Source: an uncultured Chloroflexia bacterium
GTDB lineage: Bacteria > Chloroflexota > Limnocylindria > Limnocylindrales > CSP1-4
DNA length: 64,000 nucleotides
NCBI GenBank assembly: GCA_963768655.1
Contig: CAVYIM010000009.1
Span: forward strand, 192,001 to 256,000
Reading direction: 5' to 3'
Shown here: positions 9,768-19,154 of the stretch, in pieces
How positions within the stretch are numbered: position 1 is the stretch's first letter
How the letters are laid out: every line of letters starts with the position of its first letter
Notes under the pieces: model-generated
What the model saw: the letters and a program-made list of their open reading frames with translations, nothing else
The model's database searches: none
What the model was told of the DNA's origin: nothing
Made by a program: the position numbers and the translations under genes

Positions 9768-11141
9768 GTGCAGGTCGATGACCAGGGCAGCCAGACAGGC
9801 GCCGATTCGCTCGATCTCGGGTCGAGCCGGAGCCGGCTGGTCGAGATACGTTGCAGTTTCGCCGAACTGGCGCGTCGTGAGGCGGAAGCTGCCGAGGTTC
9901 GCGTTGGCGAGACGCGAGCCCAGCTCGATGCCCAGCTGACGACGCTTGCTTCGGCTCAGACCGCGGTCGATCCGCGTGCCACTCGGGCCGCCAAGGAAGA
10001 GGCCCACCAGACCTTCCGCAAGGCGATCGGCAGGGCCACGTCCCACGATCAGGTCGAGGCGGCTGCCGTCACCTGGCTGGCCGAGATCAACCGCGTCAAC
10101 GGCGCGGTCCGGGCGGCGCAAACGAGGATCCAGAGGGAGCGCGATGCGACCGACGCGCTGGCAGCCGAGCTCGATCGCCTCACGGCAATCGCGGAGGCGA
10201 GCCGGGCCATGGCGGAGGCCGCTCTTGCGGCGTGCCGCGAGGCTCGGGAGGCGCTGGCCGCCACTCACGGCGCGGCGGTCGCCGGTGCAGCGGCCGGCAA
10301 GGCGAGCGAGTCGCCCCCGCAACCGATCCCGGCGCCCGAGGCTGCGCAGCCCGCCCCGGCGCAGGCGCAGCTGATCGTGGCGCCGACGGCCGCGCAGGCG
10401 CAGCCGGCTGCGACCCCGGCACAGGCGACCACCGCCCCGGCGCCCGCCTCGAGAACCCGCAAGGCCGGCGCCGGTGAGGCTGGAGCGCTACCCCTGTCGA
10501 CCGGCCCGTCGCGCGCAGGCGATGTGGCCGCGAGCGGCGCTCGTCCACAGGAAGAGCCAGGGCCGCCGGTCGACCTCCGCGGGCCGAAGCCGCCGACCAT
10601 CGTTCGACTCCTGCAGCAGGACGGCGCCACGATGAGTCGCCTGGTGGATTGGCTGGCCGGCCCGGATCCCGAGCAGCGACGTCGCTGGCAGTTCTGCCTC
10701 TCCAACTTCGTGGACGCGGTCGTGGCGACGGCGATCGACAACGGCTGCTTTGTTTTCCCGCGGGGCAACGCATTCTGGGATCAGCTCACCGTGGACGAGG
10801 CCAGTGAAGTTGCGCGCGGCCTGGCCGCGCTCGGTTTCCGTTACGACGGCATGGGCGAGTTCGCCGACGGACGCGTTCCCGGTCAGCGCGAGCTATCGAT
10901 GGCCCTCGGTCAGGCGGGACTGGTCACCGTCCGTGTCCGCAACTGGCCGCGGCCGGATGAGGCGGCCCAACTCTACCGCCACATCCGAGTAGACCCGATC
11001 GCGCTCCTGGCCGAGAAGGCCCCGTCGATCACCATGGGCGAGCTGGTCCTGATGCTCGGTCGTCGCGCCGAGGTCGTATCCGATCTCTGGAATGACTGGC
11101 CTCGCGCCCGGCCGCTGCTGCTGCTGCCCAGTCGCGATTAG
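9768..11141 (+). CDS. Hypothetical protein: coiled-coil N-terminus, Ala/Pro linker, globular C-terminus
   Basis: Long ORF with GGGAGG before GTG; heptad-rich N-terminus. Confidence 0.7.
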   Translation: MQVDDQGSQTGADSLDLGSSRSRLVEIRCSFAELARREAEAAEVRVGETRAQLDAQLTTLASAQTAVDPRATRAAKEEAHQTFRKAIGRATSHDQVEAAAVTWLAEINRVNGAVRAAQTRIQRERDATDALAAELDRLTAIAEASRAMAEAALAACREAREALAATHGAAVAGAAAGKASESPPQPIPAPEAAQPAPAQAQLIVAPTAAQAQPAATPAQATTAPAPASRTRKAGAGEAGALPLSTGPSRAGDVAASGARPQEEPGPPVDLRGPKPPTIVRLLQQDGATMSRLVDWLAGPDPEQRRRWQFCLSNFVDAVVATAIDNGCFVFPRGNAFWDQLTVDEASEVARGLAALGFRYDGMGEFADGRVPGQRELSMALGQAGLVTVRVRNWPRPDEAAQLYRHIRVDPIALLAEKAPSITMGELVLMLGRRAEVVSDLWNDWPRARPLLLLPSRD

Positions 11142-11165
11142 CTGCGCCCCCAGGTCCCAACAGAG

Positions 11166-11942
11166 CTATCGCGCCTTCGACGTATCGACCGCCGGCTCGG
11201 GTTCGGTGGGGTCCGGGTCCAGGACCACCACTCGGAAGCTCTCCGCAGCCGCGACGCCGACCGCGGCTCCCTGCTCGGCCATCCGGGCGCGCACCCGCTC
11301 GAACACCGCCTCGGGATCGTGGAGCTGGCTTGCGTGGGCCCGCAGGGCCTCGATCTTCCGCCCGGCCGTCGCGCTGACGTCGACCCAGACATCGGGCTGG
11401 TTCGACCACATCAGGTACAGCCGCCTGACCCGGTGAGCGGGCAATCCCTGGCGCTGGAGCCACGGGAAGCTCATCGGGTTGCGGGCAGCCGGGTAGACCG
11501 CATCCACGGCCGCCATGGCTGCCGCTCGATGGTCAGTGTGGTTGATGCCTCCACCGCGGTGGATCACTACTTCCGGATCGCCGGCCAGGACTGCGTCGGG
11601 TCTGAAGGTCCGGATCTCGCGGACGAGCATCTCGCGCAGGGGAAGATCGTTGACCAGGTTTCCATCGGGTTGATGGAGGAAGGTAACACCCTGGTAGCCG
11701 ACTATGCGGGCTGCCCCGCGCTGCTCCTCCTCGCGTGCCCGGGCCAGCTCGAGCGGATTCGCCTCGGGGTCTTCGCTGCCGGCGTCACCTGAAGTGCAGC
11801 ACACCAGCCAGCCCTCGGAACCGGCGTCGATCCAGGCCGAGGCCGTGCCGGCCGGACCGAAGTCGGCGTCGTCGGGGTGGCCGACGATGACCATGAAGCG
11901 CCGTGGTCGCCAGTTGTTGGGGGAAGGCGTTTCTTCGGTCAT
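11166..11942 (-). CDS. PIG-L/LmbE family deacetylase
   Basis: GHPDDAD metal motif, NHTDH, IEALRAHASQ. Confidence 0.92.
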   Translation of the reverse strand: MTEETPSPNNWRPRRFMVIVGHPDDADFGPAGTASAWIDAGSEGWLVCCTSGDAGSEDPEANPLELARAREEEQRGAARIVGYQGVTFLHQPDGNLVNDLPLREMLVREIRTFRPDAVLAGDPEVVIHRGGGINHTDHRAAAMAAVDAVYPAARNPMSFPWLQRQGLPAHRVRRLYLMWSNQPDVWVDVSATAGRKIEALRAHASQLHDPEAVFERVRARMAEQGAAVGVAAAESFRVVVLDPDPTEPEPAVDTSKAR

Positions 11943-12121
11943 GGTGCGTCCTGTCTCCGGGGCGTGAAAACTCACCGTTGTCCGACGGCAACAGACATGT
12001 TCTCAGTCCGCGTGAGCCGGCCGGAAATGCGACCCCGCGTCATGCGAACCCGAGGTATCATGCCGCCCGAGGCTTCGCTCGTCTCCCCCCACGGGCGAGG
12101 CCTCTGTTGCTGTCCGGGACT

Positions 12122-12664
12122 CTACACTCTCGCGTGCGCCGGGTCCGAACGCGACCGGCGATCTCCGGCGGGCGTGTTCAGACGAGCGCCGCAGCGGGCC
12201 TCTCGCAGCGCGGCCAGGACCTCGGATGCGTGATCTTCGGGTTTGACTTTCGTCCAAACGGTGACGATTCTCGCGTCCGGCCCCACCAGGAAGCTGTTCC
12301 GGGCCACGCCCCAGTAGGTCTTGCCGTAGTTCTGCTTCTCCACCCAGCTGCCGTACAGGTCGGCCACGGCGTGGTTCTCGTCGGCGAGGAGCGTGAAGGG
12401 CAGCCCGTACTTGGCGCGGAAGGCGGCCTTGCTGGCGGCTCCCTGCGGGCTGATGCCCCAGATCTCCGTGCGGGCGTCGTCGAACGAGGCGTGGGCATCG
12501 CGGAAGGCGCAGGCCTCCTTGGTGCATCCGGGGGTGTCGTCGGCCGGGTAGAAATAGACGACTGTGAACTGGCCTTGTCTCTCCGAGAGGCGGTGGGTCC
12601 GCCCCTGGTCGTCGTGAAGCTCGAAATCGGGGGCGAGCTCGCCCGCTTGTGGCATGTTGCTCAT
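12122..12664 (-). CDS. bcp: Peroxiredoxin BCP/PrxQ
   Basis: YFYPADDTPGCTKEACAFRD motif. Confidence 0.93.
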   Translation of the reverse strand: MSNMPQAGELAPDFELHDDQGRTHRLSERQGQFTVVYFYPADDTPGCTKEACAFRDAHASFDDARTEIWGISPQGAASKAAFRAKYGLPFTLLADENHAVADLYGSWVEKQNYGKTYWGVARNSFLVGPDARIVTVWTKVKPEDHASEVLAALREARCGARLNTPAGDRRSRSDPAHARV

Positions 12665-12698
12665 GCAATCAGATTAGCAGCGAACCCTCGGACGGCGA

Positions 12699-13484
12699 CT
12701 AGTGGGCAGTGAAAAGCGCGGCTGCCGCGACGGCGAAGGCCACGACGATCGTGAGCCAGTCGCGCCAGCTCGTCCGAAGCTCGCGGAAGTGGGTGCGCCG
12801 GACGCCGCTGTCGAAGCCGCGCGCGTCCATGGCCAGGGCCAGACGCTCCGCTCGCCGGATCGCGGACACGAGCATCACCAGGAGCCGGCCGCCTGCCTCT
12901 CGAACTCGTCCGACAGGGCCTCTGGGCGTGAGGCCGCGGATGCGACGCGCCGCGCCTATGGTGGCCCAGTCGCCTGCCATGAAAGGCGCCACTCGCAGTG
13001 CTGCCAGCGTGCCGTAGGCGAATCGATCCGGGACGTGCCACTGCTGAACGAGCGAATCGGCCATCCGCGTCGGGTCGGACGGACCGAAGACGAGCAGCGT
13101 CGTAAGGGCGATGACGACGACCCGGAGACCGACCGCCAGGCCGGCTGAGATGGCCGGGCCGGTGATGCGGGCCGGGCCTATCTGGGCGACGGCCGCCAGC
13201 GACGCGTCGCCGTTGGAACTCGACAGCAGGATCGAGAAGACGGTCAGGCTCAGGATGGCGAAGCCTATCGGGGCCAGCCGGCGGGGAATGCGCCGCAGCG
13301 GCAGACCCGACCAGAGCCACAGGGCGACGATCGCGGCGATGGACAGCAGGATCGGCACGATCGGGTCGAGGGTCACGATGCTGGCGACCAGCCAGGCCAG
13401 GCCGGCCACGAGGCGGGCCACGGGCGTGGTCCGGGTCAGAAACGCCGGTCGGGTCGGCGTGAGCGGGGCGGGGAGCACGCTCAT
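12699..13484 (-). CDS. ECF transporter transmembrane T component (YkoC/CbiQ-like)
   Basis: ARRIRG and LALAMDARGF motifs; operon position. Confidence 0.9.
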   Translation of the reverse strand: MSVLPAPLTPTRPAFLTRTTPVARLVAGLAWLVASIVTLDPIVPILLSIAAIVALWLWSGLPLRRIPRRLAPIGFAILSLTVFSILLSSSNGDASLAAVAQIGPARITGPAISAGLAVGLRVVVIALTTLLVFGPSDPTRMADSLVQQWHVPDRFAYGTLAALRVAPFMAGDWATIGAARRIRGLTPRGPVGRVREAGGRLLVMLVSAIRRAERLALAMDARGFDSGVRRTHFRELRTSWRDWLTIVVAFAVAAAALFTAH

Positions 13485-15220
13485 CGGGCGCCTTCCGCGG
13501 GCGCGTCCGATCGACCGGCGGCCTCCGCCCGACCGGCTGCGACGCCGTCCCGCCACGGCTCGGCGGGCTCGTACGGCGGAGCTGCGAGGAACGCGTCGAC
13601 CGACCCGTCGAAGACGACGTGGCCACCATCGAGGGCCACCACGCGGTCGCAGGCCGGCAGGAGCCGCGGGTCGTGAGTGGCCAGGATCTGACCCTGCCCG
13701 GCGGCGCGGCCGCCGTCCAGGAGCGCCAGCACTGCCGCCGTTCCGCGCCTGTCGAGTCCGAAGGTCGGCTCGTCGAGGAGCAGAAGGGCGGGGGGACGAA
13801 GCGCCAGGGCAGCCAGGCTCAGGCGGCGCTGTTCTCCCTCACTGAGCCGAAACGGGACCTCGCCGGCGAGGTGGCCGAGGCCGAATTGGACGAGCACGCC
13901 GTCTGCGGCCTGGCCGTCAGGAGCGCCGGCGGCGGAGCCTTCGCGACCGCGAATTGCGCGAGCGGTGGCACTCACCTCATCGCGCGCTGTCCCCGCCACA
14001 AAGCCGAGCTCCGGATCCTGGAAGACGAGGCCGACCCGGGCCGCGATCTCCGCCGCCGGCAACCGCGCTGGGTCCCGCATCGGTTCGGCCGTCTCAGCGT
14101 CAGCTGGCAACGCGCGCAGCCGCACGGATCCCGCCGCCGGCCGCAGCAGCCCCGCCAGTGCGAACAGCAGGCTCGACTTGCCGGCGCCGTTCGGCCCGAC
14201 GAGGGCGATGCGCTCGCCTGCCCGCACGGACATCGACACGCCGGCCAGGGCCACCCGCCTCCCGCTCGCGTCGGCGGGGTACTCGACGCAAACGCCGGTG
14301 GCCTCGAGCAGCGGCACGGCTTCCATCGCGCGACTGCCCGCAGGCGCCTGCTCGACTGCCGATTCGAAGGGCGGCTCCGCCGGCGGCGCTCCGGCTCGGG
14401 CATCGGCCAGATGCGCTCCTTGCCAGGACCGCGGTACCCAGGCGCCACTCCGCTCGAGCAACTCGACCGCCTGACGACCGACTGCGCCGGCCGGGGCGAA
14501 TGCCAGCTGGTGGCCCTCATCGTCGAGCAGGAGAACCTCGTCGGCCAGAGGCAAGGCCGCTTCGAGCCTGTGCTCGATCAGGACGATGGTGTGCTCGCGG
14601 CGCCGAGCCAGCCCGGCCAGCCGCTCGAAGACGCCATACATCCCCGGTGGGTCGAGATTCGCCGTTGGCTCGTCCAGGACCAGCAGCCCCGGGCGGGCCG
14701 CGAGCACGTCGGCGATCGCTAGGCGTTGCTTCTCGCCGCCAGAGAGAGTGACTGTGCCCCGCGGTTCGAAGCCTGCCAGGCCCACCTGCGCCAGCGCTTC
14801 GGGAACGCCCGACACCATCTGAGCCCGCGACCAGGCGCGGTTCTCCAGGCCGAAGGCGACCTCGTCGTCGACCCTGCTCATGACCAGCTGGCTGTCGGGG
14901 TCCTGGAAGACCAGGCCGATCCGCTCGCCCAGCAGCCGGGCCGGAGTCTCGGCGACTTCGACCCCTCCGACCCGGAGGCTGCCCCGCCAGCTGCCGGGAA
15001 GTACCTGTGGGACCAGCCCGGCGAGGGCGCGCGCCAGTGTGCTCTTGCCCGATCCCGAAGGGCCGAGAACGAGCAGCACGTGCCCAGGCTCGAGTCGGAA
15101 CGTCAGGCCCTCGATGGCAGGTCTGGATCTGCCGGCGTACGTCCAGCCGAGTCCGGCCGCCTCGATCGAAGGCGGGGCGGCCGGATTCGTTGCGGGCCGG
15201 CCAGCCGCGACTCCGGTCAC
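13481..15220 (-). CDS. ECF transporter duplicated ATPase (YkoD-like)
   Basis: Two Walker A motifs (GPSGSGKS, GPNGAGKS), LSGGEKQR/LSEGEQRR, VFQDP; GTGA overlap with upstream gene. Confidence 0.92.
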   Translation of the reverse strand: MTGVAAGRPATNPAAPPSIEAAGLGWTYAGRSRPAIEGLTFRLEPGHVLLVLGPSGSGKSTLARALAGLVPQVLPGSWRGSLRVGGVEVAETPARLLGERIGLVFQDPDSQLVMSRVDDEVAFGLENRAWSRAQMVSGVPEALAQVGLAGFEPRGTVTLSGGEKQRLAIADVLAARPGLLVLDEPTANLDPPGMYGVFERLAGLARRREHTIVLIEHRLEAALPLADEVLLLDDEGHQLAFAPAGAVGRQAVELLERSGAWVPRSWQGAHLADARAGAPPAEPPFESAVEQAPAGSRAMEAVPLLEATGVCVEYPADASGRRVALAGVSMSVRAGERIALVGPNGAGKSSLLFALAGLLRPAAGSVRLRALPADAETAEPMRDPARLPAAEIAARVGLVFQDPELGFVAGTARDEVSATARAIRGREGSAAGAPDGQAADGVLVQFGLGHLAGEVPFRLSEGEQRRLSLAALALRPPALLLLDEPTFGLDRRGTAAVLALLDGGRAAGQGQILATHDPRLLPACDRVVALDGGHVVFDGSVDAFLAAPPYEPAEPWRDGVAAGRAEAAGRSDAPAEGAR

Positions 15221-15793
15221 TCCCCGGATGGGAACGTCTGAAGCGCGCCCGTCTGTCGGAGCGCCCGGACGAGCAGCCAGCCGCCGATGCCGGCGACGAT
15301 CGCGCCCGACCCGATCTCGAGGACGGCTATTCCGGCCTGGAGTTGCGGCGTGTAGGTCGGGAAGTAGACCGGGATGTCGTGCAGAGCCTCGCCCACGCCC
15401 GCGCCCGCGCCGGCCAGCAGGGCCATCAGCGGGCCGAACGAGCGGTACATCACAAAGCCGAAGAGGATTTCGGCGCCTGCGCCCTGGACGAAGCCCGAGA
15501 GGAGAGTGTCGAGCCCCCACTGGCTGCCCAGGATGACCGACACGATCGCTGCCACCATTTCGGCGAAGAGGGCGGCGCCCGGCTTGCGCACGACCAGCGG
15601 AGCGACTACGGCCGGCATTACCCAGACACCGCTGATGACGTACTCCCACGGTTCGCCAAGGGGCTTCAGCCATATCCAGACGAAGGCGTTCCAGAACCAG
15701 AAGACAACGCCGAAGGCGACCGAGATCGCGGCCACGACGAGAATGTCGACCGTTCTCCAACGCGCAGAATTCGGCCGGCGATCCGCCGGTCAT
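15217..15793 (-). CDS. ECF S component, YkoE thiamine/HMP family (start appears out of frame)
   Basis: WRTVDILVVAAISVAFGVVF and RKPGAALFAE motifs; QGAGAE; within TPP operon. Confidence 0.85.
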
Positions 15794-15813
15794 CCTGGAT
15801 CCGAGGACGCTGT

Positions 15814-16527
15814 TCACATCTGATCTCCTGTTCCGGGTCGTTGGTACTCCGAGTCCGTTCTGGTTTCGACGATCAGCAATTGGCCGTGGCGGAGCGCCAC
15901 GCTCGCCTCGGCCCTAATGCGCACGTTCGAGAGCCCGCGTGCCGGGCCTGCTTGCAGGTTTTCGTTGAGGAGCGGGTACAGGAGCCCCGATGTCGAAACG
16001 CCCTCGGTCGGCTCGCCGAGCGGCAGCAGGGATACCAGGTCGCCGGCGGTCCCCGCGAGATCGAGCCGGACCGCGGCGCCGTCCCCCGCCGGAGCGCGCA
16101 GGAGGCGCACGCGCGTGGTCGCGTCGAGCAACTCCACCTCAGCAGTGCCAGGGTCCGGAAGAGCGAGCAGACCGACGTTCGCGAGGGCATGGTCGAAGCG
16201 CAGCCCGCCAAGGGCCCCCAGGATGGTCACGTGGGTCGCCCCCCGCCGGAGAGATGCCGTGAGTGCCAGCTCCGTATCGGATTCGTCCTTGGCTGTGGGT
16301 GAGCGCTCGATCGGGATGCCCTGCGCGGCCACTTCCCTGTAGCGAGTCTCGGGCAGCGAATCGGCGTCGCCGACGAGCAATGCCGGCCGCAGGCCGAGCG
16401 CCACGGCCTTGTCCCAGCCTCCGTCGGCGGCCACTACCAGATCGACGTCTCCGTCCCAGCAGGGCCAACCCGCGTCCAGAGCGGAGCGGCTCGGGACGTC
16501 ACCGTCGGCGACGATCAGCGCACGCAC
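15814..16527 (-). CDS. thiN: Thiamine diphosphokinase
   Basis: VVAADGG, LVGDADS, KDESDTELAL, GALGGLRFDHALAN, GLLYPL, GLSN motifs. Confidence 0.93.
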   Translation of the reverse strand: MRALIVADGDVPSRSALDAGWPCWDGDVDLVVAADGGWDKAVALGLRPALLVGDADSLPETRYREVAAQGIPIERSPTAKDESDTELALTASLRRGATHVTILGALGGLRFDHALANVGLLALPDPGTAEVELLDATTRVRLLRAPAGDGAAVRLDLAGTAGDLVSLLPLGEPTEGVSTSGLLYPLLNENLQAGPARGLSNVRIRAEASVALRHGQLLIVETRTDSEYQRPGTGDQM

Positions 16528-16682
16528 GGTCGTCCGTTCTCGGCCGCCGCGGCGAACGCTGCGGCGGCCGTCCCGGCAGTCGAAAAGGCAGTCGAAACCC
16601 GGCGCCCCAACGCGACGCGTTCGGCCGTCTGTTGGCGCATGGAAAACACCTCCATCGAGCTCGACAGAGGTGCTCCGTGCTT

Positions 16683-16775
16683 GACTCCCTTCGCCGGCAT
16701 GATCCGGATCAGGTTCCAAGGGTCTGCGGATGTGGCTCCGCACTCTCAGCGCCGCCCCGGCGCTCCCCTGTCTTT
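16683..16775 (-). promoter_or_regulatory. TPP riboswitch (THI element)
   Basis: Minus strand GGGGAGC...GCTGAGA...GACCCTTGGAACCTGATCCGGATCATGCCGGCGAAGGGA matches the TPP core; upstream of thiamine genes. Confidence 0.95.
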
Positions 16776-17038
16776 GTTCTGTTGTTTGGTGACTGTACAC
16801 CCGCGCGGAGGAGCCTCGCCAGCCGGTTGCGGGTTGCGCAGATGCCGTGCGAAGAACGATTCCGGCAGCTACGATCCAAAGCGGCGCATGCGACGAATTG
16901 ACTACAGAAAGTCTGGGAACCAAAGGTGCACGATTGGGGTCCTTAAGTTGAGGGACCGCGTCCTCCGACTGTTGGATTGCATCCCACTCGCCGATACTCT
17001 CAACGAAACCAAGTCGAACGCATGGTAGATTTCGAGCC

Positions 17039-17602
17039 GTGAGCGACCTGTCGCACCCAGCTATCCAGCGCGTTGTCCAGGCGGCGGCCCGCAAGGGCGT
17101 CAAGCTGGACATAACCATCTTCGATGACTCGACTCACACCGCCGAAGAGGCGGCTGCGGTCGTTGGCGCGGATCTTGGGCAGATCGTCAAGTCGCTCGTC
17201 TTCGTCGCGCCGAGGGCCGGCGGGCGCCTGGTCCCGATCGTGTGTCTGGTTTCCGGCCGCAACCGGGTCGACCTCGCGCAGCTGGCCGCGGTGACTGGCG
17301 AGGCCGCCATCCGGCGAGCCACTGCTCGTGAAGCGCGCGACCTTACCGGTTTCTCCATCGGCGGGATTCCGCCCTTCGGTCATGGCCACGACGTCCGCGT
17401 CGTGATGGATCCGGATCTGTGCCCCTACCCGGTGGTCTGGGCCTCGGCCGGCACCGATGCAGCCATCTTCCCGGTCCCGCCGGGCACGCTGAGGATCCTT
17501 GCCAACGCCCTGGTCGCGCCTATCGCCGAAGAGGCCTGGATCCCGGCCTCGATCGGGATCGACACGCGGTTGCGCTTCGAGACAGGCGGGTCGACGGCCT
17601 AG
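17039..17602 (+). CDS. YbaK/EbsC family aminoacyl-tRNA editing protein
   Basis: THTAEEAA, QIVKSLVF, TGFSIGGIPPFGH, VWASAG. Confidence 0.92.
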   Translation: MSDLSHPAIQRVVQAAARKGVKLDITIFDDSTHTAEEAAAVVGADLGQIVKSLVFVAPRAGGRLVPIVCLVSGRNRVDLAQLAAVTGEAAIRRATAREARDLTGFSIGGIPPFGHGHDVRVVMDPDLCPYPVVWASAGTDAAIFPVPPGTLRILANALVAPIAEEAWIPASIGIDTRLRFETGGSTA

Positions 17603-18096
17603 CCTGGAGCAGCGGCCGCGCTTCGCGGATCGTCGGTCCGGGGAGCGTGGTCCGAGTCGGCGACAGTTCGACAGCGACTGCACCTGTAGTTCCCCGGCAC
17701 ATGCGCGCGCCAGTGCCGGAATCCGGCGGCTGACTGAACGAGAGGCAAGGCTGCCGGAGCCGCGGCCGACGCCGATCCTGGACGTTTCGCGGCGGTGGTC
17801 TTCCACAGATTGGGCAGAGAGGGTGCATAAGGGGTGGATAAGTGGCCTGCCTCTGGTTGGATCTAGGTGTACAACCCGATTGAACGGGGCCACCCCCGCA
17901 TGTAGCGTACCGACCACGCCCGAAGGGGCTGAGCGACTGCTAGTGGCAGCGATGGCATCAAAGCCCACGCAGCGAGAAGGTTCCTTCGGGCGTTTTCTCT
18001 TGCCCGCACCAGCCGTCGGCGCTGCCTGTCGCGCCTTGTGGCGCCTTGGCTCTGGCTCCAACTCGACGCGCCTACCGCTGCCCAGAAGCGACGAAC

Positions 18097-18942
18097 CTAG
18101 CGGCGTCTGATGCGCAACCGGCGGTCCGCCTCGAGGCCGTATTCCTCGGCCGCACTCTGCAGGTTTACGGCCAGCGCCAGACGGCCGTATGAATCCAGGC
18201 AAATCAGCGGCTCGCCGGGCTCGGCGTCGCCGTACGTGAGTCGCCAGCGCAGGTCGATACCGTTTGGGCCGCCAAGCGCAGATCCGTCCGCGGCCTCGAC
18301 TCTCAGCTCGTCGCCATTCGACACTCGTCCGATGGCTGCCTCGAGATCCGCCGGCTCCGCCATCAGCTGTACGTTCCCCCATGTGTCGACGAAGACGACG
18401 CTGGCATCCAGGTATCCGGACGAATGCTCGGGCGCGGGAGTGTCCAGGTGGACGAGCGAAGCAGGGTCGAACGCCGGTCCGAATGCGTCCAGCGCCACCC
18501 CGCTGGCGAGATAGGCCGCGGCGGGCGCGAAGACGTCGCGGGCGTGGAATGTTCTGCTTACCGTGGCGAGCCGGTAGGCCCGAGCCTCGAGCAGGTTTGC
18601 CGCCACGATCCCGCCGAGCCGCTCGGCGGCGGGCAGCAACAGGCCGTTGTCCGGCCCTACGAGGTGGTCTCCGCGACCGGTTCGGAGCGCGATGGCGCGC
18701 CGTTCGGTCCCGACGCCGGGGTCCACGACGGCGAGATGGACGCCGGCGGGAAGGTATGGCAGCGCGGCCCACAGGATGGCGGCGCCATGGGCGACGCAGT
18801 GGCGCGCAATGCCGTGGCTGATGTCGATGAGCCGGAGATCGGGGTTGATGCGCAGAATGATGCCCTTGCAGGCCGCCACCGACGGATCGGCCAGTCCGAA
18901 ATCGGTCAGGAGCGAAACAAAGGGCGCAGACACTGGCAGCAT
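18097..18942 (-). CDS. SAM hydroxide adenosyltransferase (DUF62, chlorinase/fluorinase family)
   Basis: LLTDFG, VVDPGVGTERR, VGPDNGLL, SRTFHARDVFAPAAA, VDTWGN. Confidence 0.93.
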   Translation of the reverse strand: MLPVSAPFVSLLTDFGLADPSVAACKGIILRINPDLRLIDISHGIARHCVAHGAAILWAALPYLPAGVHLAVVDPGVGTERRAIALRTGRGDHLVGPDNGLLLPAAERLGGIVAANLLEARAYRLATVSRTFHARDVFAPAAAYLASGVALDAFGPAFDPASLVHLDTPAPEHSSGYLDASVVFVDTWGNVQLMAEPADLEAAIGRVSNGDELRVEAADGSALGGPNGIDLRWRLTYGDAEPGEPLICLDSYGRLALAVNLQSAAEEYGLEADRRLRIRRR

Positions 18943-19002
18943 CGTAGACCCCGCAGTGCGATGCCGCGAACCGCATGTGCCGAGAACCGCGCCCGACAAA
19001 CG

Positions 19003-19081
19003 TCGAGGCGGCGCCCCCGGGAGAGAGGGCGCCGCCTCGAGCGTTGCCCGTTTCGAGGTGGAGGAGGAGGCCTCGAAACGG
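19003..19081. terminator. Two tandem GC-rich hairpins, probable terminator region of the minus-strand gene ending at 19155
   Basis: 14-bp stem TCGAGGCGGCGCCC/GGGCGCCGCCTCGA and 11-bp stem CCGTTTCGAGG/CCTCGAAACGG. Confidence 0.5.
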
Positions 19082-19154
19082 CGGGCTCTCTTGAGTTGTC
19101 GTGGCGTGCCAGCGGGGCAGCCGGTCGCCGCCAGCCGATCGGGCGATCGATCGG

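Noticed and set aside
17799-17842. Replication origin oriC
   Set aside because: Only about three imperfect DnaA-like boxes, no AT-rich unwinding element, no dnaA/dnaN nearby
18097-18942. Halogenase natural-product cluster
   Set aside because: DUF62 SAM hydrolases are widespread and no biosynthetic genes flank it
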